Assembly (NCBI GenBank): GCA_020891255.1
Contig: BQFW01000015.1
Coordinates: 62,001-126,000 of the forward strand
Reading direction: 5' to 3'
DNA: 64,000 nt
Origin: Entomortierella parvispora E1425
Taxonomy: Eukaryota > Fungi > Mortierellomycota
The notes beneath the pieces were generated by a model that was not told the DNA's origin, ran no database searches, and saw nothing but the letters and a program-made list of their open reading frames with translations. A program made the position numbers and the translations under genes. Shown here one piece after another: positions 13,416-25,257 of the stretch (positions are counted from its first letter, which is position 1; each line of letters starts with the position of its first letter).

Positions 13416-13655
13416 TTAAAGAGGGTCGACGCGGGGAGGTTCAGCACATCGACATCCAGGGAGGTAGCGGGCGCAATAGTTAGGGCAAATCAGCGAAGCT
13501 TCGGCCTCCTGCACAATATCTTCGAGACACTGGCAAGAGTCCATGTAAGCCTCGCAATAATTGGGGCAACGAGGGGGGGAAGGACGAGCCAATGCCGAGG
13601 ACATGATGGCAGCCATGGCCAGAATGACGAGAACTAGGGAATAGCTGAACTTCAT
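13416..13655 (-). CDS. Small secreted cysteine-rich protein (79 aa) with two CPNYC-x6-CxC modules
   Basis: Signal-peptide-like MKFSYSLVLVILAMAAIMSSALA, then CPNYCEAYMDSCQC and CPNYCARYLPGCRC. Single exon with 8 Cys. Confidence 0.8.
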   Translation of the reverse strand: MKFSYSLVLVILAMAAIMSSALARPSPPRCPNYCEAYMDSCQCLEDIVQEAEASLICPNYCARYLPGCRCAEPPRVDPL

Positions 13656-14082
13656 ATCTTGATACGGGGCAGATGTGGCGCAGGGTAATGTTGAGTAGTG
13701 AAGGAGATAAAAAATGAAGAACAAGACAATGGGACAGGGTGACTCTATATACGTTTTTTTTTTTCTTGTTACCTTCCTGTGAGAACATGATACACAACCT
13801 CCTCGAAAGCCATCGCGGCGCGCGTGCATGCTTGACAACCTGCGCGGAACCGCTGACTTGCTCTTGCCAATGCAACTGTTCCCCACGCAAAGGAAACAAG
13901 CGCGCTAATCATGAAAGAACACATTGTTTCCTTCTGCAGCGAACCTCTTGCAGAAGAACGCCAAGAGAACAATACACTTTTTCTTTCACCGCTCTGATGG
14001 CCTAGAACATGTGAGCCCACTTCGATGCACATGGACAAGAGAACAACAAGTTGCTTTCCCGCCGGACAGAATGTTTGCCCAA

Positions 14083-14707
14083 TCACTCCCTTCTCAAACA
14101 CACACAAGATCGTGGGAGTTGATACTGATTTGTGGTTTGGCCAACCTTCGATCGTAAAGTCGATCCATGGACCATTTGCCTGGACTTCAACTTGCAGTCC
14201 ATTTGGCTGGGGAGAGGGGGGGGGGGACTATTTTCTGACAAGGGCCTAAGCGTTGGGCCATACTCAAGCAACATGTCCGATATGTCGACTAAAGATTTCC
14301 CGTTCCGTGTAAACTGTTGAAGGCACCGCAAGTCTTATAATGAAGTCCGCCGGGATTGAAAACTTCTCATATGCAACCAATCCAAAGTCCATCCCCCTTC
14401 CCCCTTTGTCCTGCAGCTTCAATGTGTTCAAAAAGGATTCAAGACTCCTGAGCCTCAAGATAGGTTTCTCATAGAGGAGAATAAGGGCCAATCTCGCCCA
14501 GCGCTTGCAAAGAGTCAGGATAGGCAGCAGTCTCGAAGGTCGCTCAGTATAGTCAAAGAAGGAGAGGATATGAAGAATGACCTCGGGAGCCAGCCTATGG
14601 ACCGCATGGATGATATCCTGACCGCCACTGCTGTCGCTGCTGTCGCTGGCAGTGGAGGAGAGGAGGAAGAAACGGGATCTGTCGAGGTGTATATTGAGAA
14701 TGACCAT
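14083..14707 (-). pseudogene. F-box-like gene, apparently truncated or frameshifted
   Basis: LAPEVILHILSFF...LPILTLCKRWARLALILLYEKPIL is a typical F-box-like segment. The frame stops at 14264, and a shifted frame continues protein-like text (LVDISDMLLEYGPTL) up to a G/C homopolymer. Confidence 0.55.
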
Positions 14708-15321
14708 GGACGAAATAAGGGAACATATTTCGTGGGCTTCGTCAAGATGCTTTTGATGCCACCAAGGGCTATGCTCTACGAGGATCGGTCAGGTTCGATG
14801 AGGAGCTTTTTTTGTTGTTGTTGTTGTTCTGCCTGTCATTGGCACCATCATGGACATTGTTCCACCATCCCTCAATTATTCTCCGCCCTCGGTTTGAATC
14901 TACAACCCTGTCCAATGCCCAGTGTGAACTCGGTTGACCTCCCGTTCTTTTGCCTCACCCCTTTTTTCGCACGTAGTTTTGCACGTCTTTTTGCCACTTT
15001 TTTTTTTTTTTTTTTTTTGCCACCATGACGCACCATGACGTGCGGTGGCAAACCTCTGTTGACCATAAAATGGTCCTTCTGAAAATTATTGCTTCTTTAC
15101 CGAGTTCATTCTCTGACATCCTCGACCCTCTCTTCCTGTGCCTTGTCCGTTGAAAAGATCATCCCGTCCCGCCTTGCCTAGTTGTGATTTCCAACACACT
15201 CTCACCGCTCATCCCGTATTCGGTTACAGTTCCCTGCCCGCAGCTCAATCTACACTCGCCCGTGATACTTTTGCTCCAACCCATCTTCGGTTCGATCTCC
15301 TCTGACTGATTCACTTGCATT

Positions 15322-15825
15322 ATGGGTTCCGACTGGTACACATTCTGTAGCACGACAGCTGCTGCGATCCCTGTGCCAAAAGAAGCATTGAAGCAGCCAT
15401 TTGATCTGCCAGGTTTCAAGCTCATGACTATTGTGCGCGAGACCCAAGACGAATACCGCAAATACGAATACAACGAATATCATGGCGCGTTGATTTGCCT
15501 TGAAGAAACCGAGTTGATCGTCTCGTCGGTGGAGGTCATTGGCCCGTACGAAATAACATCCCACCAAGTTGAAAGCAAGAGAATGACGCACTTGGACGCA
15601 TTCATGCCAGAAGATGTACGAAAGAGATTAACCAGCGCTTGTGAGGCTTATTTGGGACGCCAGCCGGATGATGTACCAGGTTTCTGGAATGTGAGCTCTA
15701 CAAAGAGTTATTTTGTGGAGCTGCACTCAACTTGGTCTTTGGGAGCAATGGACACTGTCGCTGGCGAAGACTCTGATCTTGAACGCTTCTGTTACTCTGT
15801 GGACCGGAGTGGTGATGATGTATAA
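15322..15825 (+). CDS. Intronless hypothetical protein, 167 aa, no recognised domain
   Basis: ATG-to-TAA ORF with globular-like, non-repetitive composition; AATAAA follows near 15915. Confidence 0.7.
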   Translation: MGSDWYTFCSTTAAAIPVPKEALKQPFDLPGFKLMTIVRETQDEYRKYEYNEYHGALICLEETELIVSSVEVIGPYEITSHQVESKRMTHLDAFMPEDVRKRLTSACEAYLGRQPDDVPGFWNVSSTKSYFVELHSTWSLGAMDTVAGEDSDLERFCYSVDRSGDDV

Positions 15826-16617
15826 CGCATGAAGTAAACCACCACCCACCCTCTTGCAACATGGCTCAAGCTCATTATTGAATGCACCGTTCATAGCCCA
15901 TATCGCAGCGACAAATAAAACCCCTGCTGATTGATGCTTGCCTTTTGTTTGCCATTCTTTTTTTTTTTTTTTTTTTTTATTCAGTGCTGCATCAGCTCGC
16001 CTTCAAAAGGTCAAACGTCCCTCATCAACAAGAAACAAAAGTGTTTTATGAATTCCAAAGAATGAATGGTTGATCTGCAGGTGCCATTGAATACACAACG
16101 TCAAGTGAACAGAAACTGCGTCTTCCGAAGGCCTTTCGACGAGGATTTCAAACAAACCCAGAAGGGGGCAGAAGAATCAGGGCAATCATGTTCATCTATT
16201 ATCCCTTGGGGTTATTTAGCCCGTGTCTCTTATAGCGCAATGTGTGCGCAGACAGGAATGGACTCTGCTTTCAGCTCGCTCTGTCTTAGATGCGTATTTT
16301 TGAAGACAAAGCACCCGGGGCATGCTCTGACCGGACCTACTGTCATCTCCAATATGTCCGTGAAGAAATATACAGAAGGCTGGCAAGGGAAGAAGCAGAG
16401 GACAGTACCTGACAACTGTAACCACCCCATACCTTACAGACATCCTAGATTTCACTATGATCCGCTGCTCCACCGCTCCCAGGTCATGGAGAACAATGTG
16501 CGTTTATTGTAAGAACTGTACAGGATATCATGGGGTATTTACAAGTCAAAGAGAAAAAAAAAAGACCAGAGCGAACAAAAAGGAGATAAAGGACAAAAGT
16601 GTACGAACAGAGGGCCA

Positions 16618-19600
16618 TCAGGCATCCAAAGTGCCTGTGCCAGATGCTGTCGAAATGGTCACCGCACCATCCGTCAGTGCTGTTGAAGGGGAAGCGGGAA
16701 AGGATTGAATGGAGCTTGCACAGGTTGAGGTCTTAGGGGATCCAAGCATAAGCTCATCCTTGTCCCCTTTTTCGGTAGAGATGGATGTTATCACTGGATC
16801 CAACAGTTCAGCCGATTCAGCAGAGGAATGCAGTAAAACTGCATCGGAGGAAACTACCAGATCATCCAGCGGACCAAATCCAGGCCGAACAGGGTGCTCA
16901 GGCAACAGTGGGGAAGTGGGCCAATCATACTTGATCTTGCTCATCATCACAGCTGGAGTACTGCTTCGATTACTGGCTCCAGCTCCTGTGCCAGCTCCTT
17001 GAGTGGAGGGTGTCGCCAATACTTTTGAAAAGGGCCCCGGGGAAGGCGGGGTGGATGTAGACGAGCCTTTAGTGCCCGAAAGGCCTTGTCTATCATTTCC
17101 ATCGCTAAAGTTCAAGCCACTTGTCCCACGAGTATTGCTGCTGGCCATTGGTAGACTGGTGAGTCGTTTTTGACGGGATACAGCATTGCTTGCCAAGGGG
17201 GACTCCAGTTCCTTTGACCTGGTAGAGTTGTCGACCAATGGACCAAGTGCTTCATTTTCAACTGTCTTGTCCTTGTTTTCGTCCCTGCCTGCGTCTTGAT
17301 CTTTTTCTTTGAGTAGAGACGGCTGCGGTGCATGGTGCAGGGGTGAGGAGGTGATCTGGTCAGGTTCCCGCGGGACGACCTTAGTCAAAGGAGCCCGAGC
17401 AGGTGGCAAAAGGTCCTCCAGAGAAGTGTGACTCTCTTTGCCAATCAGAGACGTTTGCCGTTTCAATCCACTATGAGGGAACAAATCTTGCGCCTGTGCC
17501 AGTCGAGCTGAAGACAAACTGGATCGTGGAATAGCTGCCATAGCGGATGGTCCGGTGCCCACATGAAGGTTTTGTAAACTAGCAGACAAGGACCGATTGG
17601 AGAACGAGCGCTTCATCTTGTGAAGTTTGTGGTTCCCGCCATGATGGGATACTTCAGTGTTGGTTGAGTGCCGTAATCGTCGGTGAGGCGTCCGCAATGG
17701 CTGGGAGTCATCCAACACAAGCACACCGGCCGCCACTATTTTTTTTTTAAAAAAAAAGGGAAACTGTTAGTGAAAGTACGTTTGGTGGCGCTTTTGATGA
17801 GAAAAAAAAGAAATATCCAAATCGACATACCAGAAACGCGCCGACCTGTAGACATAAGTGGCGCCATAGGAGAACCGGGTCTTTTCACCTGACTAGGGTC
17901 GTCCTCCAACGGATCCACAACTACATATGGATCGTTTCCAAACTGCTGGCTGGTCTTTTGAAGTGCCAGCCACTGCTCCCGATTACTAGATAGCGAGTCC
18001 AAGACTGGAATCGCCCTTGGCAATAATTCCGTCAGCACTTCAAAATAGGGCTGCACCACAAAGTCGCCAAATCCTAATGAGATCTGTGGCTGGTTATGTT
18101 GATCTCGGTCCATGTTGGGTGAAACCGGCAAGCCCTGAGCCTTTTCAATGTCGCCCTGTCGAAAGAACTCTTGCACAACAAGATCTGACCATCGTTTACA
18201 GATTATCCAGGGTTTGACTGCGTTTGAGATGTCTGCGGCGTGGAGAAGGCAATTGCAAAGTTGCTGACGTTGATCCGGGTTCAAAGTTGCAGGCGCACAT
18301 CGATCTGTGAAATGGCTGGCCACACTGTAATATACAGAGGAGCCGTCAGAGTCGAGAGAACCAGTTGACCAAGTGCGCTGTCGATTATTGTGGTTGCCGT
18401 CTGGACCGGTACCATCCATTTCAGGCATGGTACTGCTCACAGGAAACGCCATCATGACCGTTTTCCGCTTGGTTGGAGCCTTGTTCTCAGTTTTGACATC
18501 ATCCTCTGGTCCTGTGAGTTGAATCGAGAGATGTTGGGAGGTCTTTGGTACCAACGAATCGAGTCCACCGGATGTACTTTCGCTGTTGTCATCAGCCAAA
18601 GCAATTCTCCCCTGATCCTGATAACGAACGTTCTCCAGCTCTACATCCGAATCTGAATCTGAATCTTCGTCCGAAGAGCAACCTTCCATGTCTGAGGCAT
18701 TGGGAGAAGTCACTGGACTGGAGGTAGCCTCCACTAGACTGTTGAGACTGTTGAGCATATCATAATGAAACGACATGTCCGTGGCCAAGATAGCCTTGAT
18801 CATGGCTTCGCGCATACCAGCCTCGGTGGCCGGCAGGCCCTCAGGAAGCATGGCCAATGAAGAGCGGCCGATGTTGCGGAAGAGAGCGTGTTTCGTGACC
18901 AGATCCATGGCAAGAGAGCAGGAATATTTCTCCAACACGGAGGCCTCGCCGTATTCTTTCACGAGATCAGTCTTTGCGTTGACCTGAAAAAGGTTGTTGA
19001 GCCCGGGCTGATTTGGTTTTAAGGTCACGATTGCGTTGGAGAAGAGGGGGCGAGAACGATAACGGGCGGTCAGTGAGTGCGCGTATGTGTGTGTTGTGCC
19101 GTGGTGTAAAGAAGAGAGCAAACGTGTGGAACGTAACGTTGGGCATAAGGGGATGCTTGTTTTTTTATCAACATCACTTACATGGCCAATATCGTGACAT
19201 AATCCGGCGAGCAAAAGCGCGGCCATGTCTGGCTTGGGCAAATATCGAGAAGCCTGCATGCCCTGGAGCATGTGGAAGAGCACGGCAGTGACATCGGCGG
19301 CATGGTAGAATGAGTGGTAAAAGGTTGCTAGATAACCACGGTCGACATCAACGATAAAGTCGAGCAACTCGTCAGACGAGATGCCGAGGGTGCCTACAAG
19401 ATCCAGGTGGACAAACATGCCAAGGATGTAGCCATAGATCTCGGGCACAGTGTAGTCCCAGACATTGAAGTTTTGGTCCACAGGCTTGACGCGACCAGAG
19501 GTGAAGCGAAGCAGAGCCTAGTGGATGTGGAGATGTGGAGAAGGAAGGGAGAAGCAAGGCGGCGCAACAGTAACATGAACGGATGATGCGCAACGGGCAG

Positions 19601-20237
19601 GGGGAACGGGAGAACGGAAACAGAGGAAGAAAACGTGAGTCAAGTTGGACGCGACAAGTAGACTGGGCGGTAGAATGTAGGTCCTGCATGCTATGGAGAT
19701 GACGAGAGACTGACCCGCTCGGTGGTGATGAGATCCTCGGATGTCAGCTGGCAGTGGCGAAGAAGAAGCATGGCAATGAGCGAATGCGGACAGAGGACGG
19801 TCAGGCGGGCCGGGTTGGGGTTGTCAGGCTGGACAGGACTGGACTGGACTGGACTGGACGGACTGGATTAGAGGAGAGGAGAGGGACCAAGAGAGAAAGA
19901 GAGATGATGAGCGGATGCCGAAGGGCGAGTCCAGAGTCAGTCAAAGGGCAATGACGCTTGCGTTGGAAGGCAAGATGGACTCTGTCAGTTGAAGTTGAAA
20001 AGAGGAAGGGACAAGGGAGGAGAATGACGAGGCAAGGTGGAAGGAAGGAAGAGTGAAGGAAGGAAGGAAGGGATGGATGGATGGATGGATGGATGGACAA
20101 GAAGAGAGAGGGAAAAAAAAAAGAGAGAATGAAGAACAATGCAAACAATGCACAAGAACAGAGACTGTGTGGACTGAAGCCAAAACGGAGTGTGTCAGCC
20201 AGTCAGTCAAGTCGGTCTGGTTGGTGGAGAATTCCAT
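16618..20237 (-). CDS. PDE2: Class I 3',5'-cyclic nucleotide phosphodiesterase (Pde2-like). Exons 19517-19182, 19007-17831 and 17735-16618 are firm; a micro-exon at 19747-19715 and the start near 20237 are tentative
   Basis: PDEase motifs FYHSFYHAADV, CHDIGH|PGLNN (joined across an intron), ILATDM, LLHAADISNAVKPW, EFFRQGDIEK and QISLGFGDFVV. Confidence 0.92.
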
Positions 20238-20289
20238 CGATGTTTCGCCCGTTCGCGGTTGTCCATGGTTGTTATCTTGTTCCCCCCTT

Positions 20290-20300
20290 CTGTCTGTCTA

Positions 20301-20331
<31 letters not shown>

Positions 20332-20432
20332 GCCTGTCTGTCTGTCTGTCTGTCTCTCTGTCTGCCTGCCTGTTTGTCTGTCTGTCTGTCCCTCTGTCTG
20401 TCTGTCTGTCAACGACAAAGAAGGGGCATCGG

Positions 20433-20470
<38 letters not shown>
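20290..20470. repeat. Compound microsatellite (TCTG)n followed by (TG)n
   Basis: Read directly from the sequence, upstream of the PDE gene. Confidence 0.95.
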
Positions 20471-20471
<1 letters not shown>

Positions 20472-20985
20472 TGTTTGTTTGTCTGTGTGAGAAAGTATGC
20501 ATGCATGGCCATGCCACAGGGGAGACGCATGGTGGTGTGTAAAGGAAAGAAGGCAAACGGACAACGCGAGTGGCAAAAAAAACCAGGAGAGACCTTTGTT
20601 TGTTGTCCTCCACTTTGCACGGACAGATCGCGACAACAAAAAAAACCGCTCAATTGAACAATTGAACGCATTGGGAAATGAACGAACGGTGCACCCGCGC
20701 TCTCCTCCCTGTGCGTGCATGCCAGCCAGCAGATTCGCCAGCAGGACACGACACGTTAGGAGACACGCCCACTCGATATCTCTGTCTCTCTTCTTTTTTT
20801 TTTTTTCTTCTCTTATTTTCTCTCTTGTTCTTGCTTACCGTTCGTTTCTTGATCCGAGTGGTTGTGTCAGTGCAGGTGAATACTCTCGGTGTGAGGTGTG
20901 GAAAGACTGAGATCGAGAGAGATGAAAAGGGGATAAGCGTGATGGAGAGTTGGGGACACCACAGAGAACTCGAGTATTTATATGA

Positions 20986-20989
20986 AAAA

Positions 20990-21020
<31 letters not shown>

Positions 21021-21057
21021 GGAAGGAGGGAGGGAGGGAGGGAGGGAGTAAAGAGAG
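20986..21057. repeat. (GA)n/(GGGA)n polypurine microsatellite
   Basis: Read directly from the sequence. Confidence 0.9.
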
Positions 21058-22560
21058 AGCGAACCCCATGGCTAAAGTCTCGCTTTCTCCCTTCCTCTTT
21101 CACTGATCTCCAGTCATGTGCGGTTTGTTTGCCACAGAAAATTGGGAACGGAAAAGATATGGCTGTCAGGGGTCGTCGAGGGGCGGTAACGTGGGCAAAC
21201 GACTATGTCGGGAGGCATTCCTCCAAGATCCAACATGCTGGCTTTCATTCCAAGTTCTATGGCAACCTTACCAACTGACTCGCTCCACTCCTCAATCTCA
21301 GCTTTTTCCCCATCGTAAGCAAGAGGTGACCCTGACCAAACAAAAAAACGAAAACATGAGAGCCGATCTTGGTCATCCAGCTTGAAGGTAAAGAAGCCAA
21401 CTCAAGCAAACGCGTGCTTGATCTTCTTTCGACAGATCAACCTCTTCAGTCAGCAACGCGAGTTGTGTTTTTTTGTGTTGTATTCAGCAGTATTCTGTTT
21501 CGCTGTCTTGTGTTGTGCTGTTGTGGGGTAGCATGGACGGGAAGGGTTGCACGGATTGTTTTTGTTTGGTTGGGGAAGGGAACGTGAACAAAGTCGTCAA
21601 CTCCACAGAGGGGTGGTCATTCTTTTTTTTTTTTAAGGTCCCGCTGTCCCCTCATTGCCGATCAGTCAAGGCGATGACATAAACAAAACTCCACGTGGTA
21701 AAAACTGGACGGGAAAGAGATCTGACCATGGACAACGTTGTATGAACGGGAAGAATGTTCCCTCCTTTCACCCTCTCCATTTGAATGTGGTAGAGCTAAA
21801 AAGAAAAAAAAAAAAAAACTCACGCCGTCAAGGGTTGCGCCTCCTTCCTTCAGAAGGCGAATGTGCCAAGAGAAGCCTTATCTCTTTACTTGCGCTTGTT
21901 TACTTGAGAGCACGTCTTGTTGAAGCACTTTTGTCCCGAGTGTTCCCATGTCTGTGAAGGGTGGATAATGATGCCCCAGTTCAGCCGAGAACGGCGCAAT
22001 GACCGCATCAAGCAGAAAACAAAGTTGTATGAAAAGCACGCGAGCCTAGACCGTACGCCTTCCCCTGGCAGGGCTGTGCTGATTTCTTATTCCGCTCTTC
22101 ATTCTTGAGACTTGCAATCCTTCTGCGGGTCTTATGACTTGAGGAGGGCGAGGGGAGAGTCCATGCGAGTTGAACTGGTCGACAGATCAAAGGACTCAAC
22201 AAACCTGAGTGGTATGTTGATCCTTGCCTTTCAACTCTATCTTTACCAATCGACACATGGCATGCTTCTTCCCCTCTGTCTAGAGCTGGCGAAGTAGAAA
22301 GACTTTTATTTTACACAAGGACGCAACATCTACGACGGGGGCCCTTGAAAAAACGAAAAGCATGGTCAAGGGATGAGAACATTGCCCGTCTCTTTCTTTT
22401 GCAGGGCAGCAAGATTAACTGGAGCTGAGAGAATTGAATGCAATCCGCTCCTCTTTTTCCCGTTCATTCACACTATTTCCTCTCCATCCCTTGTGTCGTG
22501 TAATAACATGTATTTACAATACGAGCTTGGTCTGTTTTATTTTCTTTCGATTGGAATGAC

Positions 22561-25257
22561 TTATGGACTCCAATGTCCAGAACTACCCTTACCGCTCGGA
22601 TGATGGTTGTTCCGAGTGGGCCACTCGTAGTCTAAATGTCTAGACTTGATATGTCGAACCAGATCATGTCTGCGGGTGAACCGGGAGCCACACACCCCGG
22701 CCTTGGCATCGCATTCATAAGGCTTCAAGTTCCCATGGGCCAAAAGGTGTGATCGCAGATTGAACGGACGCGTAAATTTTTTGGGGCACAAGGGGCAGGC
22801 GTGCATTGGCGTTGCAGTCGTACGAGGGGATGGAGACGACGATGGAGACACAGGCGATTGCTCTTTCTTGGTCTTGACACGTCCAGAGGACTCGACTGCA
22901 CCTCGATCTTGACCCACCTCCAGATTGGCGCCACTTTCTTCCTCATCCTCGTTCGAATCCTCTCCACTGGCAAAAGAGGATGGGGAGCAGCAGTCGTCAC
23001 CGTCTCCTTCAACACCTCCTTCCCTTGCATGGCTGTTGTGGTTGCTAGTGCTGCCGTTGCTGTTGCAGTTGCCAGGAGAGGCAAGACTCGTTGAAAAGTC
23101 AAAGGGGATCAGAGAATCTTCTCCTGCAAGCAAGCCTTCGACGGTGTTCTGTCCAGCAGAAGCATTTTCCAGATCTCTGAAAAGCTGGGTCAGGTCAGAT
23201 GTAGATGCGCCGCTCCTGTGAAGCAACATATCGGGGTTTGTGGCCCTTGAGGAATCCAAAAGGCAACTCACCATCGCAGGCACACCCTCACCTGTGCAAG
23301 GAAGAGTATTAGATCGGCCCCGTTGAATAGGCCTGGTGGTCGCAGTTGTTTCCGCGGCCGAGACATTAGCTACAACAGCCAAGAGAGCATCGCCGCCGTT
23401 TTCTGCATCAGGAACAAGATGTGACAGTGAGTGAGCGGGTGGGGTGAAGTAGAGAGGCGCTGTTGTGTCTGTTGGAACGAGGGACACATCAGGAGCCATG
23501 ACCGTTGCTGAGGAGGCCATAGACAATGGGGAGAGGGAAGGTGACAGACCCAAGTTCAAAGGACTGGCCCGGTCCGGCACTCGCCCTGCTCCTTGAAGGG
23601 GAGGAGTGGGAAGGGGTGGGATGGAGTTGGCGTGGCCAGTGCCCCCCATTATAGTGACTTGAGCCTTGTAGAGGCGTTCTCTCGACCTCCTGTTCGCAAT
23701 CTTTTTGTGATTCGCATCTTGAGAATCGCTCGAGGGGATCGAGTTCCCGGTGGCTGGATCCACCATCAAGCCCTCTTGACCACATCCACTGCGGGCACGG
23801 CGTTTCCCCTTGGCGTATGTCGACAAGAAGAGTGTAGAGACGCCACCTTCTTCTGGGGATGTGGCAGTCAAAGGACTCTCCAGCGACAGGGCCAGAATCG
23901 CGCTAGCGTTGTTGCTACCACCGCTGGAGTTGGTCAAAATAGACAAATGCTGGCCCAGCTGGGGTAAAGGGTGAGGCGAAGATGCAATACTGGGAGATGA
24001 CGATGGAGTCGAGAGTACAAGGTTATTGGTGGCCATAGTGAGCGATAGGACCTGATGCTCATTATTGTTCAGGCTGCCGGTCGGTGCTGGTACTGGTGCT
24101 GTTCCTGCTCCTGCTCCCGTTCCTGCTCCTGCTCCAATTGCTCTGCTCATGCAGGAGAGGGATGAGGAAGACAAGGACGAGAGATCGGCGACTCCAGCTG
24201 CATTCGAACTAGTTGTTGCAGTGGTGATGATATTGCTGCTGCTGTTGTTGCAATGGCTCGTCATGTTGTTACTGATGCTACCGCTGCTGATGTGGGTGAG
24301 ATTCTGCTCAAGATTCACATTACTGCCCTGGAGGATGCTTGTGCTGCCGCTGTTGCTTCTGTCGGTGTTGTGCATGTCGTTGTTGTTAGGAAGGTTACCG
24401 CTGTTAGGATTGAAGGTTCGAAACTCGTCTAAACCTTGGACCTTGAGAGCCATCATTGAGAGCGACGAAGACGATGAACTCTGAGGTTGCTGCTGTTGTT
24501 CTTGGTGAAGGTGGTGGCTCGAGAATTGCATCGGTAGACGCGCTGTCGGATCAAAGTACATGGGCGCAGGCTGAGGATGCATAGCATGCGACTGCGGCTG
24601 CTTTTGCTGTTGTTGCGGAGCTGGTTGCTGAGGTTGACTCCGATGAAGGGATGACTGGGGGATATATGGCGCAAAGGCAACGAGATCGCTTTGTTCATGC
24701 TTGAAAGACAACAGAGGGTGTTGTTGGATCTGAGACTGTTGCTGTTGTTGTTGCTGCTGCTGCTGCTGCTGGTATAATTGCTGAAGGGAGATTGTGTCGG
24801 CAGCAGAGAGTTGACCGACGTTTGGGTAGCTACCTATGTCGATCGGTTGATGTGGGTGTTGATGAAGGGGGCGGGCCATAGGTTGCTGCGATGGGAAACT
24901 AGCCCCCTGTTGCTGTGGCAATTGCTGATGGTACTGATGTTGTGTATGCTGCTCAACATGCTGTAAATGCTGATACTGATGGTATAGATGTTTTTGATTC
25001 AATTGCTGTTGCTGTTGCTGCTGGTGCTCTTGCAACACCCAACCACGCTGGGCAGTGGGTCGATAGTTGCTATAAACCGTGGGCTGTTGAACTGGTTGTT
25101 GTGGTTGAGTTCCACGGCAGAGGTCGTTGGCTCTTGGATGGGCAAGCCCATAGGTTGTTACGGTAGGTGAGGAAGCAGAACTGCACAGCTGCTGCTGCTG
25201 GTGCTGGGATGCATGGTGGTGATGCTGGACAACAAAGGGATCATGTTGTTGCGGCAT
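22561..25257 (-). CDS. C2H2 zinc-finger transcription factor, 898 aa, with a poly-Q/Ser-rich N-terminus
   Basis: Two C-terminal fingers HACPLCPKKFTRPFNLRSHLLAH and YECDAKAGVCGSRFTRRHDLVRHIKSRH. The start is taken at MPQQHD because the upstream in-frame extension is a translated CT-rich tract. Confidence 0.9.
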   Translation of the reverse strand: MPQQHDPFVVQHHHHASQHQQQQLCSSASSPTVTTYGLAHPRANDLCRGTQPQQPVQQPTVYSNYRPTAQRGWVLQEHQQQQQQQLNQKHLYHQYQHLQHVEQHTQHQYHQQLPQQQGASFPSQQPMARPLHQHPHQPIDIGSYPNVGQLSAADTISLQQLYQQQQQQQQQQQQSQIQQHPLLSFKHEQSDLVAFAPYIPQSSLHRSQPQQPAPQQQQKQPQSHAMHPQPAPMYFDPTARLPMQFSSHHLHQEQQQQPQSSSSSSLSMMALKVQGLDEFRTFNPNSGNLPNNNDMHNTDRSNSGSTSILQGSNVNLEQNLTHISSGSISNNMTSHCNNSSSNIITTATTSSNAAGVADLSSLSSSSLSCMSRAIGAGAGTGAGAGTAPVPAPTGSLNNNEHQVLSLTMATNNLVLSTPSSSPSIASSPHPLPQLGQHLSILTNSSGGSNNASAILALSLESPLTATSPEEGGVSTLFLSTYAKGKRRARSGCGQEGLMVDPATGNSIPSSDSQDANHKKIANRRSRERLYKAQVTIMGGTGHANSIPPLPTPPLQGAGRVPDRASPLNLGLSPSLSPLSMASSATVMAPDVSLVPTDTTAPLYFTPPAHSLSHLVPDAENGGDALLAVVANVSAAETTATTRPIQRGRSNTLPCTGEGVPAMVSCLLDSSRATNPDMLLHRSGASTSDLTQLFRDLENASAGQNTVEGLLAGEDSLIPFDFSTSLASPGNCNSNGSTSNHNSHAREGGVEGDGDDCCSPSSFASGEDSNEDEEESGANLEVGQDRGAVESSGRVKTKKEQSPVSPSSSPSPRTTATPMHACPLCPKKFTRPFNLRSHLLAHGNLKPYECDAKAGVCGSRFTRRHDLVRHIKSRHLDYEWPTRNNHHPSGKGSSGHWSP

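Noticed and set aside
19754-21278. Many overlapping ORFs (for example 20053-20490, 20207-20749 and 20650-21069)
   Set aside because: They are translations of TCTG, TG and GA microsatellites with no coding signature.
22561-22830. Calling the C2H2 factor CRZ1
   Set aside because: The first finger is Crz1-like (FTRPFNLRSH), but I found no clear PxIxIT docking motif, and many paralogues share this finger.
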